NCBI GenBank assembly: GCA_964627805.1
Contig: CAZVLA010000023.1
Span: forward strand, 1,993 to 65,992
DNA from: an uncultured Desulfurococcaceae archaeon
GTDB lineage: Archaea > Thermoproteota > Thermoprotei_A > Sulfolobales > NBVN01
Reading direction: 5' to 3'
Length of the DNA stretch: 64,000 bases
The notes below the pieces were generated by a model. It saw only the letters and a list, made by a program, of their open reading frames with translations, had not been told where the DNA came from and did not search any database. Positions 1-8,335 of the stretch are shown here, in pieces. Position 1 is the stretch's first letter. Every line of letters starts with the position of its first letter. The position numbers and the translations under genes were made by a program.

Positions 1-1
1 T

Positions 2-220
2 AGGAAGTTAGCTAGGTCAGTAGCTAAGAGGGCTAAGGAGATGAAGAGGAAGGAGGAGGTGGTTAGGGAGGAGGTAGCTAATACCCTAAACTTCCCTGAA
101 ATGCACTTCATCCTAGACAGTATTAGGAGGATACTAGCTTACAGTATAGATATTACTGAATCAGCCATAAACGTAGCTACGGTTAGGGAATTAATTAGTG
201 AGAGCTTGAGCCCTGAGTAA
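2..220 (+). CDS. 3' end of a gene truncated by the window edge; probable PhoU-domain (phosphate uptake regulator family) protein
   Basis: Frame 2 is open from the window edge: RKLARSVAKRAKEMKRKEEVVREEVANTLNFPEMHFILDSIRRILAYSIDITESAINVATVRELISESLSPE*. The segment ILDSIRRILAYSIDITESAIN resembles the PhoU C-terminal helix (LERIADYxxDIAExxI). Confidence 0.5.
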   Translation, partial: RKLARSVAKRAKEMKRKEEVVREEVANTLNFPEMHFILDSIRRILAYSIDITESAINVATVRELISESLSPE

Positions 221-348
221 TGGGTAATCAAAAAACCCTTTTACTAGGGTTCTATAAATAGCACCTTCTCTACTAACTAGATGTGCACTACAGGAAGTTA
301 TTGGGTTTATGTAAACAATATTACCTTCCCAGTAATATACATGATTAG

Positions 349-2205
349 GTGGTTCCTCTGAAGGGCTGGGCTGGTAGGGGCTTACTGATAGATGTAGGTG
401 AGCGTAAGTTCAAGTTCTTCAACATAGAAGCTGAGGTACTAAGGGATTACATAGGTGGTAGGGGCTTAGCCGCTAGGTTACTCTGGGACTTAAATGAGCC
501 AGGAGTAGATCCCTTATCACCTAAGAACCACTTAATAGTAGCTGTGGGTCCATTAACCGGCTACCCACTACCGTCCTCAGGTAAGTTAGTCGTAGCCTCA
601 AAATCACCCCTCACCCACGGTTACGGAGACGGTAATATAGGGTGTAAGGCGGCTGTCCACATTAGGAAGCTAGGTATTGACGCTATAGTGATTAAAGGCG
701 CTTCTAGGGATCCCCTCCTACTACATATCAGTAAAGAAGGTGTTGAATTCGTTAAGGCTGATGACCTATGGGGGTTAAGTACTTGGGAAGCTGAGGAGAG
801 GATTAGGAAGCAATACGGTAAGGAAGTAGGTACCCTACTCATAGGTCCGGGAGGTGAGTCCCTAGTTAGGTTCGCTACGGTAGTATCGGAGCTAGGTAGG
901 TCAGCCGGTAGGCCGGGAATGGGTGCTGTATTAGGTTCTAAGAAGGTTAAGGCGTTAGTCATTGATGGTGATGGAGGGGAGCTACCTGAGCCAGCATCAC
1001 CTAATGAGCTTAGGGAGTTAGGGCAGGAGGCCTATAAGGCAGTTAAGGAAGCACCTAACTACGACTTCTGGATGCGTCAAGGAACAATGATGACCGTAGC
1101 GTGGGCCCAGAAAGCCTCAGTACTACCTACTAAGAACTTCAGTGAGGGTGTCTTCGATGAGGCTGATAAGATAAGTGGTGATGTTATGGAGAGGATGAGG
1201 GTACTTAGGAAGGGCTGCCCGATGTGTAATATGCCGTGTGGTCACGTAGTCGGTTATAAGGCTGATAGTATTGAGGGTAGGGCTGAACTTGATTATGAGA
1301 ACGTAGCTATGTTAGGTTCGAACCTACTCATAGGTGACTTAAGTAAGGTCTCACACCTAAATAGATTAGCTGATGAGTACGGAATAGACACGATAAGCCT
1401 AGGATCGGTAATAGCCTTCGCCATGGAAGCTACTGAACAGAGGATCATTGAGAGGAGTGAGGGTATTGAGTGGGGTGACTTCAGAGCTGCCTGCGACTTA
1501 ATAGAGGATATAGTTAGGTGGAGGGGATTAGGTGCTAAGCTAGCCTTAGGTGTTAGGAGAGCATCTATGGAGTTAGGAGGGGGTTCAGAGAGGTTCGCAA
1601 TACATGTTAAGGGGTTAGAGGTGAGTGCTTACGACTGCCACGCAGCACCAGCTATGGCCTTAGCGTACGGAACCTCAAGTATAGGTGCTCATCATAAGGA
1701 CGCATGGATAATATCGTATGAGGTACAGACCAATAGATTAGCCTATAGTGAGGAGAAGGTGAAGAAGCTGGTCTGGATGCAGAACATTAGGGGAGCTATG
1801 TTTGAGTCACTAGTTACTTGTAGATTACCATGGATTGAGTTAGGGCTTAACCTAGACTACTACCCCAAGCTACTCAGAGCATCTACCGGAGTTACGTATA
1901 CTTGGGACGACTTAGAGGTATTCGCTAATAGGGTCTACTCACTAATAAGGGCCTTCTGGGTTAGGGAGTACCTGTATGAGGGTAGGGGATGGGGTAGGCA
2001 CATGGACTACCCACCACTTAAGTGGTTTGAGAAACCATTAACTAAGGGCCCACTAGCAGGTACTAAGCTAGATAGGGACGGATATGACTCCATGCTGAGT
2101 AAGTACTACGAGTTAAGAGGGTGGGACAGGAGTGGAGTACCTAGGGTAGATACGTTAAGGAGGTTAGGTCTGGGATTCACGATTAAGCACGTAGGGCACC
2201 ACTAA
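349..2205 (+). CDS. for: Tungsten-containing aldehyde:ferredoxin oxidoreductase, formaldehyde:Fd oxidoreductase (FOR) subfamily
   Basis: YIGGRGLAARLLW, KSPLTHGYGDGNIG, GRPGMGAVLGSKK, FWMRQGTM, GCPMCNMPC, ELDYENVAMLGSNL, HVKGLE, AMALAYGTSSIGAHHKDAW. These closely match P. furiosus FOR as recalled. Confidence 0.9.
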   Translation: MVPLKGWAGRGLLIDVGERKFKFFNIEAEVLRDYIGGRGLAARLLWDLNEPGVDPLSPKNHLIVAVGPLTGYPLPSSGKLVVASKSPLTHGYGDGNIGCKAAVHIRKLGIDAIVIKGASRDPLLLHISKEGVEFVKADDLWGLSTWEAEERIRKQYGKEVGTLLIGPGGESLVRFATVVSELGRSAGRPGMGAVLGSKKVKALVIDGDGGELPEPASPNELRELGQEAYKAVKEAPNYDFWMRQGTMMTVAWAQKASVLPTKNFSEGVFDEADKISGDVMERMRVLRKGCPMCNMPCGHVVGYKADSIEGRAELDYENVAMLGSNLLIGDLSKVSHLNRLADEYGIDTISLGSVIAFAMEATEQRIIERSEGIEWGDFRAACDLIEDIVRWRGLGAKLALGVRRASMELGGGSERFAIHVKGLEVSAYDCHAAPAMALAYGTSSIGAHHKDAWIISYEVQTNRLAYSEEKVKKLVWMQNIRGAMFESLVTCRLPWIELGLNLDYYPKLLRASTGVTYTWDDLEVFANRVYSLIRAFWVREYLYEGRGWGRHMDYPPLKWFEKPLTKGPLAGTKLDRDGYDSMLSKYYELRGWDRSGVPRVDTLRRLGLGFTIKHVGHH

Positions 2206-2889
2206 ATGGTACTAAGTAGGGTAAGGTGTGAGGTAGTTAGGGAGGTACTTAGGGTAACCCATAACATAATACCTAAGTTCAGGAGATTTTTCAATTATAG
2301 AGGACTTAAGCTATACATACCTAAGGGAGTCTTCAACCCAACCTTCACAGCATCGACTGACTTAATAATTAACGCCTTAGAGAAGGTAGTACGTCCCTGG
2401 GGTAACGTACTTGAGGTAGGGTGCGGTTCTGGAGCAATTAGTGTCTACATAGCTAAGTACCTAAGAAGAGATGTTAAATCATTAAGTGCGTGCGACGTAA
2501 GTGAATTAGCTCTTAAGGTATCTAGGATTAATGCCGTACTCAACAACGTAGCTAACTACTTAAAAGTAGGTAATTGCGTTGAATTAATACCTAAACTAAT
2601 TAATTCCATAGACTTCGGAATAGCTAACCCACCATACCTCCCACTAGATCCTAAGGATGCGATGGACATTAATTGGTGTGGGGGTTCATCCCTTAAGATA
2701 TTTAATGAAGTGGTTAATTACTTAATAACGTCTTTAAGGAGAGGAGGAGAGGCATTAATAACGGCTTCCTCACTCACCAGCATTAACCACGTAAGTAATT
2801 ACTTAAGGGCGTTGGGAGTTAAGTTTAGGGTAATTGATTACTTAAGAACTCCATTAGACACTATATACTTAATACATGTTATGAAGTAA
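2206..2889 (+). CDS. HemK/PrmC-family SAM-dependent methyltransferase (archaeal HemK2/Mtq2-like)
   Basis: VLEVGCGSGAI SAM-binding motif and NPPY motif, plus an N-terminal GVFNP. Starts immediately after the FOR stop codon. Confidence 0.8.
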   Translation: MVLSRVRCEVVREVLRVTHNIIPKFRRFFNYRGLKLYIPKGVFNPTFTASTDLIINALEKVVRPWGNVLEVGCGSGAISVYIAKYLRRDVKSLSACDVSELALKVSRINAVLNNVANYLKVGNCVELIPKLINSIDFGIANPPYLPLDPKDAMDINWCGGSSLKIFNEVVNYLITSLRRGGEALITASSLTSINHVSNYLRALGVKFRVIDYLRTPLDTIYLIHVMK

Positions 2890-2893
2890 TGAA

Positions 2894-3742
2894 TCACTCA
2901 GTAGGTTTTGAGTACCAGGGCATTACCCAGTCATGAGTTAGTGCATGCTTTGATACCCTAGGTATTATCGGTGGTAACCTCTTATGCTCATTAACGTGTA
3001 CACGCTTAATTATTGCTGAGATAACATCCCTAGATATTCCAGTCTCCTCAGCGATTTCATCAATACTCTCACCTAAGTCTACGTACCTATACAGTACAGC
3101 ATCGATTACGTCGTAAGTAAAGCCCAGCTCCTCCTCAGCCATGTGTCCAGGCCATAACCTAGGTGAGCTAGGCTTAGTAACTATCTTCTCAGGAACACCT
3201 AAGTACCTACCCATCATCCTAACTTGAGTCTTGTATAGATCACCTATTGGTAGTACGTCAACACCGCCATCACCGTACTTCGTGAAGTACCCGAGGAGTA
3301 ACTCACTCTTATCTCCAGTACCCATAACGGCTAGTCCGTACTTATTAGCGTAGTAGTAAAGTATTGACATCCTAATCCTAGCTCTTAAGTTACCAGTAGC
3401 TATCTTATGTCCGTAGTCAAAGAATGGGAGTACCTCACTATATCTCTTAACAATACTTGATATCTCTATCAAGTAATACTTAACACCTAAGGACTCAGCT
3501 AGCTCTATAGCATCCTCAACATCCTCCTTAGGTGTTGTGTCCTTATCAGGCATTATTAATACAGTAACCTTATCCCTACCTACCTCCTTAACAGCTAGTG
3601 TTAACGTTACTGATGAATCGACACCGCCACTAAGACCCATTACGTAACCCTTAACACTGGCCTTACTCAGGAAGTCCCTGAGGAACTGACCTATTCTCTT
3701 CCTAGCGTACTCGTAATCCATGGGTGGTGGGGGTAAACCCAT
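2894..3742 (-). CDS. nadE: NAD+ synthetase (single-domain, NH3-dependent type)
   Basis: GLSGGVDSSV PP-loop, GNLRARIRM, GTGDKSE, GYFTKYGDGG, DLYKTQV, KPSSPRLWPG. Confidence 0.95.
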   Translation of the reverse strand: MGLPPPPMDYEYARKRIGQFLRDFLSKASVKGYVMGLSGGVDSSVTLTLAVKEVGRDKVTVLIMPDKDTTPKEDVEDAIELAESLGVKYYLIEISSIVKRYSEVLPFFDYGHKIATGNLRARIRMSILYYYANKYGLAVMGTGDKSELLLGYFTKYGDGGVDVLPIGDLYKTQVRMMGRYLGVPEKIVTKPSSPRLWPGHMAEEELGFTYDVIDAVLYRYVDLGESIDEIAEETGISRDVISAIIKRVHVNEHKRLPPIIPRVSKHALTHDWVMPWYSKPTE

Positions 3743-3777
3743 AATTACTTACCCGTGTCTAGTTTACGGAGAGGGAT

Positions 3778-4608
3778 TTGAAGGTTAAAGTAGCTTTAGC
3801 TCAATTAGAGCCGATACCCGCGTCACCTAAGAGTAACTTAAGTAGGGTGATTGACGTTATTAAGTCATACGATGCTGACCTATACGTATATCCGGAGCTG
3901 TACTTAACGGGTTATACGTCCAAGGACTTAATACCTAGGCATGCATTAAGGCTTGATGACCCCATAATCAAGGAGTTAGAGAAGGTAGTTAGGAGGGAGG
4001 GTGTAGGTGCTGTAGTTGGTTTCGCTGAATTAACTGACTACGGATTCCTATACAACTCAGCATTAGCTCTAGGACCATCAGGTGTTGAGCACGTCTTTAG
4101 GAAGAGGCACTTACCTACTTTCTCAGTATTTGATGAGTGTAGGTGGTTTAGGCCCTATAGGGGCTCATTAAGTACTTGGTACTTAAACGACTTAGGTGTT
4201 GGGGTCGGTATATGCTATGACATATTCTTCCCTGAGATATTCAAGTCGTATGCGTTAATGGGTGCTAAGTTACTCATAGTGATATCAGCATCACCAGATA
4301 CTTCAGTACCGCTATTCCACGTAATGGCTAGGGCTAGAGCGTTAGAGAATACTAGCTACTTCGTGTGGGTTAATATGGTAGGTATCTTCAAGGGTTTAGG
4401 ATTCGGTGGTTCATCAATGGTTGCTGACCCACTAGGTGGTGTTGAGGTTAAGTTAAAGGATTTTGAGGAGGATATTAAGGTAGTTACCCTAGACATTAGT
4501 AAGGTCTATAGAGCTAGGTCCGTGAGACCAGTCATTAGGGACTCATACATTGAAGACGCTAAGCAACTACTCAACTCCTATGAAGTCTTTGAGGGTATGA
4601 AACAGTAG
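3778..4608 (+). CDS. Carbon-nitrogen hydrolase (nitrilase/amidase superfamily)
   Basis: Catalytic triad motifs YPEL (Glu), RKRHLP (Lys) and GICYD (Cys); ARALEN; GGSSMVADP. Confidence 0.9.
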   Translation: MKVKVALAQLEPIPASPKSNLSRVIDVIKSYDADLYVYPELYLTGYTSKDLIPRHALRLDDPIIKELEKVVRREGVGAVVGFAELTDYGFLYNSALALGPSGVEHVFRKRHLPTFSVFDECRWFRPYRGSLSTWYLNDLGVGVGICYDIFFPEIFKSYALMGAKLLIVISASPDTSVPLFHVMARARALENTSYFVWVNMVGIFKGLGFGGSSMVADPLGGVEVKLKDFEEDIKVVTLDISKVYRARSVRPVIRDSYIEDAKQLLNSYEVFEGMKQ

Positions 4609-5192
4609 ATACCTAGGTCCTTAAGAACCTCACACACCCTACTAATTGGTAAGCCAGCTACGTTATAGGGGTCACCACGTACCTCCGCAATCAAGCCAGC
4701 CCCCATACCTTGAATTGCGTAACCACCCGCCTTACCGACGCCCTCACCAGTAGCTACGTAGTACTCGATCTCCTCATTACTTAAGTCCCTAAACCTAACC
4801 CAAGTATTTACGAAGAACGCCTCAGTAAGTTCACGCTCTAAATCCTTAATAGCTACACCAGTAACTACTCGGTGCCACCTACCGCTCAAGAGCTTAAGGA
4901 ACTCCCTAACCTCATCCCTAGACCTAGCCTTACCAAGTACTAAATCACCTACAGTAACTAACGTATCAGCAGCTACTATGACCGCATCCCTAGGTACTCC
5001 TAAGTAATTACTAACTACGTTAGCCTTAGCTAAGGCATTAAGAGTAACTAACACCTCAGGTGCGGCACCCTCCCTAACCTCCTCAACATCAGGCCCAACA
5101 ACTACTGGGTTAAGACCTACTAACTTAAGTAATGATAACCTCCTAGGGCTACTAGAGGCTAGGATCAGTGTCCTACGCAAGAAAGCACCCAA
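4578..5192 (-). CDS. maf: Maf-family nucleoside triphosphate pyrophosphatase
   Basis: LILASSSPRR, AADTLV, LGKA, LSGRWHRVVTGV, GKAGGYAIQG, NVAGLP. Confidence 0.92.
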   Translation of the reverse strand: MGAFLRRTLILASSSPRRLSLLKLVGLNPVVVGPDVEEVREGAAPEVLVTLNALAKANVVSNYLGVPRDAVIVAADTLVTVGDLVLGKARSRDEVREFLKLLSGRWHRVVTGVAIKDLERELTEAFFVNTWVRFRDLSNEEIEYYVATGEGVGKAGGYAIQGMGAGLIAEVRGDPYNVAGLPISRVCEVLKDLGIYCFIPSKTS

Positions 5193-5234
5193 GAAGAAGG
5201 AGTTACTGAGGTAGAAATACCTTCTGACGGAACT

Positions 5235-5939
5235 TTAGTAAGGGGAGTTAATTAGGTCCCTACCCCACGGAATACCCCATAACCTCCTCCTAATCCCCCA
5301 CAAGAACCTCCTAACCTGCGCATTAATGCGGTACCCCACGGAAATCCTTACCGGTCCTCTACGTATGGAATTAAGTACTTCATCAATACTTAAGTCATTA
5401 ACTTCTAGTACGTTATAGGCCTGACCAATCATTTGAAGTACGTGAGCATCTGAATTAGCTAGTTTAGGTCCCTCATACCTACTCAAGGCTATGGCGTTTA
5501 GTAAATTTGTTAAGGGGTCATTACCACCGTTAAATACCTCAACACCATCCCAGAAATTAGCTAAGGCTAGTGACGCCATACCATGCCTTATTAAGGTGTA
5601 TGGGTGGGCCGGTATGAGTAGGCAGTTATTATCCCTAGCAACATCGACTAACCTACTTAATTCCTTAAGCTCATTAATAGTAGCTTTAGGTACGTGATCA
5701 CACAGTACGAGTACGTCAGCTAGTAACTTACCCAGCCTAACACGTACTTCAGCACCGTAGATAAGTACTACATTAGGGACTAAGTACTTACTAGCTAAGT
5801 AACTACCTAGGAAGGTGTCATGATCAGTAATAGCTACTACATTAATACCTAACCTACGTACGTACCTAATAATGTCCTTGGGGTGGGCTTCACCATCACT
5901 AGCTAGGCTATGTATGTGTAAGTCAGCCTTAACTATCAA
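5235..5939 (-). CDS. PHP-domain metal-dependent phosphoesterase
   Basis: DLHIHSLASDG, AITDHD, GAEV, PAHPY, EVFNG, NSDAH. Confidence 0.88.
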   Translation of the reverse strand: MIVKADLHIHSLASDGEAHPKDIIRYVRRLGINVVAITDHDTFLGSYLASKYLVPNVVLIYGAEVRVRLGKLLADVLVLCDHVPKATINELKELSRLVDVARDNNCLLIPAHPYTLIRHGMASLALANFWDGVEVFNGGNDPLTNLLNAIALSRYEGPKLANSDAHVLQMIGQAYNVLEVNDLSIDEVLNSIRRGPVRISVGYRINAQVRRFLWGIRRRLWGIPWGRDLINSPY

Positions 5940-5948
5940 GTCATTAAG

Positions 5949-6608
5949 TCACCTACTTAGGCATGACTTAACCTCAGAGAGTAGCCTCCCGTAATCACCG
6001 TCGAACCTTATCCCATACTTAATACCCGCCTTAAGAGCTCCCTCAACGTTTGGTGGGTAATCATCTATGAATATAGCTTCATGAGGCCTAACATCAAGTA
6101 GCTTAAGAGCTGCTTCATAGATCCTAGCATCGGGTTTACAGTAACCCACTAAGTCACTAGTAACTACAGCGCTTACGTACTTATCAAGACCATCCCTTTC
6201 AAGAGTCTCAACAACGCATTCATGGCACCAGTGATTAGATACTATAGCTACCTTAACACCCAAACCCCTAACCCACTCAAGGAACTCCTTAGCCCACGGC
6301 GATGGTAGGGTACCAGTAACTATGGATGCCTTCATAACGTTAGTTAACGCCTTAACCCTACCTACTGAAGCTTCAATACCGTGTAGGGTAAGTATTAATG
6401 CTGCTGCGTAAGAGACGTTCTGCTCGACCATTCCCGGGAATCTCCAAGCCTTAAGACCCTCCTCAATAAGTGCCTCATCACCTTCAATACCTAATGAGTT
6501 AAGGAACTTAAGTACGGACTTCCTAAGTAACTCCCTAAAACCCTCACACTCCCTATACAGTACACCTCCGTAGTCGATGAGTAATGCCTTAACCCCCAAA
6601 CCTATCAC
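5949..6608 (-). CDS. HAD-superfamily hydrolase
   Basis: Motif I DYGGVL, motif II VSN, motif III KPD, motif IV FIDD. Confidence 0.88.
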   Translation of the reverse strand: MIGLGVKALLIDYGGVLYRECEGFRELLRKSVLKFLNSLGIEGDEALIEEGLKAWRFPGMVEQNVSYAAALILTLHGIEASVGRVKALTNVMKASIVTGTLPSPWAKEFLEWVRGLGVKVAIVSNHWCHECVVETLERDGLDKYVSAVVTSDLVGYCKPDARIYEAALKLLDVRPHEAIFIDDYPPNVEGALKAGIKYGIRFDGDYGRLLSEVKSCLSR

Positions 6609-6704
6609 CTACGAATAGGTTTAGGAGTTGCTTATCTACCTTACACTAAATTAATTATCAGTAAGTAGATTTAGGCTGTAGTAACTACTTAGTTAGGTGC
6701 TTAG

Positions 6705-7439
6705 ATGCGTACTGAGTACTTACCACTAATAATGTACGTACTGTTGACCCTAGCAATCACTGCGTACCTAACGTACCCAGTAATATCGTGTTACTTCCCT
6801 GAGGATGCAGTAGCTATTGAGGTAGTACTTAATAAGCCGGGAATCACCTACGACTTAAGACTACTTAGTAGGTTAGGTGGGGTTAAGGTATTAAGTAGTG
6901 GTGCCTTAGCCTACAGATCACACCTAAGTGATTACGTCGTCATCGTCGTACTTAAGGAACCGTTAACACCTAACGGAGTAATTAAGTACTTAAGCATTAG
7001 AGTACAGCCAACCTATAAAGTACTTAAGAACGGGACGGTTAAGTCCTTAGTTAGTAAGGAACTCGTTAGGGAGGTACTTAAGTACGAACTAAACTGGTTA
7101 ATTAAGGCGGGAGTTATTAGGGGCTTAAGTAGTGAGGACGTAAGTAAGATATACTCAGTAGCTAGGGCAGGCATGGCTGGGTGGAACTCAAGGCTTGTCT
7201 ACGTAGAGGGTGAGTGGATGCCGTACTATAGAGCAATTAAGTACATACCAGGGGCTTCACTCATTAGGTCATGCATTGTAGGCATCCCCGAAGCTAATGA
7301 GTTAATTAAGTCACTACCTAAGGAACCCCCAGGTACGTACTTAGGAAGTAGATTCACGACTAATGACCTAATAGCAGTACTTACTGCGGTGGCTGCATCC
7401 ATGGTTACCTACGTAGTCATTAGGAAGTTTATTAAGTAA
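6705..7439 (+). CDS. Exported protein with N-terminal signal/TM segment and C-terminal membrane anchor
   Basis: Hydrophobic N-terminus and a C-terminal TM plus basic tail (LIAVLTAVAASMVTYVVIRKFIK). The motifs EVVLNKPG and AGWNSRLVY recall a Thermococcales surface-protein family (recollection only). Confidence 0.6.
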   Translation: MRTEYLPLIMYVLLTLAITAYLTYPVISCYFPEDAVAIEVVLNKPGITYDLRLLSRLGGVKVLSSGALAYRSHLSDYVVIVVLKEPLTPNGVIKYLSIRVQPTYKVLKNGTVKSLVSKELVREVLKYELNWLIKAGVIRGLSSEDVSKIYSVARAGMAGWNSRLVYVEGEWMPYYRAIKYIPGASLIRSCIVGIPEANELIKSLPKEPPGTYLGSRFTTNDLIAVLTAVAASMVTYVVIRKFIK

Positions 7440-7452
7440 TTAAAACACTAAG

Positions 7453-7496
7453 TCATGGTTATAGGTACCCGCATCAGAACCTCCCCCAACCATCAC
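7453..7496 (-). ncRNA. Weak box C/D sRNA candidate (degenerate boxes)
   Basis: Minus strand: GTGATGG (C-like), 12-nt TTGGGGGAGGTT, CTGA (D'), 17 nt, ATGA (D-like). Starts just after the stop codon of the Csa3-like gene. C' is poor. Confidence 0.2.
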
Positions 7497-7499
7497 TTA

Positions 7500-8156
7500 C
7501 TACCCTACCCTGCTCTTGAACGCCTTAAGAGCTACTGAAGCCCACTTACTCGGGTATATACCTGCTGCCCTACCCTTCCTGTAAATAAGTCCTAACCTAC
7601 CTAGCTCAGTCACCATGACCTTAATGGTCTTCTCCTTCCTACCTAACCTAAGTGATAATTCAGAATCTGTTATTCCTGGATTACTAACCACTATCGACAG
7701 TAGCTCATAAAGCTGCTTACTTACCTTAGCCTTAATCAAACCTAACACTGTAGGAGGTACTACAACGTCGCTATCACCGCATGACCCAGCATATATAGTT
7801 GCCTCCCTACCACTTAGGAAGAGAGCCATGAGTAAGTAAGTACTTAAGTATGGAGGGCCGTTAGAGAGGTCAATAACTAACTCCCTACACCCGCACGCCT
7901 CAATAACATTCAGTAACTTAAGTATACCCTCTGAAGGGTCTATAGGCACCTTAATTAATTCAGGCTCCTTAAGGCCGTAAGACCTCATGGACTCACTCAA
8001 CCTACTGAACACTTCATTGGCGTTACAGGGCGGGGGCTCAGGAGCTATTAGGAGTACAGTATCATCAACTGATGCGCCACTATCCCTTAACCTACGGAGG
8101 ACGCCCCTCTCACTATCTCCTAAGGTGATTAGGAACGCCCTAACAGTAATCACCAA
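7500..8156 (-). CDS. Csa3-like CARF-domain/winged-helix transcriptional regulator (degenerate, orphan)
   Basis: N-terminal LITLGDSERGVLR (cf. Csa3 TLGFDEKFxxR), VIDLSNGPPYL (cf. DLSGGMR), and a C-terminal wHTH (NPGITDSELSLRLGRKEKTIKVMVTELGRLGLI). Confidence 0.6.
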   Translation of the reverse strand: MVITVRAFLITLGDSERGVLRRLRDSGASVDDTVLLIAPEPPPCNANEVFSRLSESMRSYGLKEPELIKVPIDPSEGILKLLNVIEACGCRELVIDLSNGPPYLSTYLLMALFLSGREATIYAGSCGDSDVVVPPTVLGLIKAKVSKQLYELLSIVVSNPGITDSELSLRLGRKEKTIKVMVTELGRLGLIYRKGRAAGIYPSKWASVALKAFKSRVG

Positions 8157-8214
8157 TTACCCTTACGTAGAGGTAGGAAATATTGTTTTATCATGAGTAC
8201 TGATGGAGTTAAGT

Positions 8215-8231
8215 CATTGGTGCACTCAATG
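8215..8231. promoter_or_regulatory. Candidate operator palindrome CATTG-N7-CAATG in the divergent csa3-like/cstA promoter region
   Basis: CATTG gtgcact CAATG, with 5-bp perfect arms, lying between divergent genes. Confidence 0.25.
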
Positions 8232-8335
8232 AATGCAGTAGATTCAGTTAAGTAGTACGGAATTATTTTAATCTCCATTAAATCTTCTCCAGAGAGGGGA
8301 GAGGTAAATTTATTTTCCCATACCTATGTGATATA

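Noticed and set aside
284-320. GTTTA-TG-TAAAC palindrome (about 306-317) upstream of for, as a possible SurR-type site
   Set aside because: The spacing does not match GTT-N3-AAC, and the arms are too short in AT-rich DNA.
621-962. Short antisense ORFs nested in long genes (621-962, 5491-5697, 8755-8946, 9901-10143, 10891-11274, 13445-13819, 39365-39793, 52171-53184 and others)
   Set aside because: They are antisense or alternative-frame shadows of well-supported CDSs. Their Ser/Leu/Thr-rich composition is what the host codon bias produces on the opposite strand.
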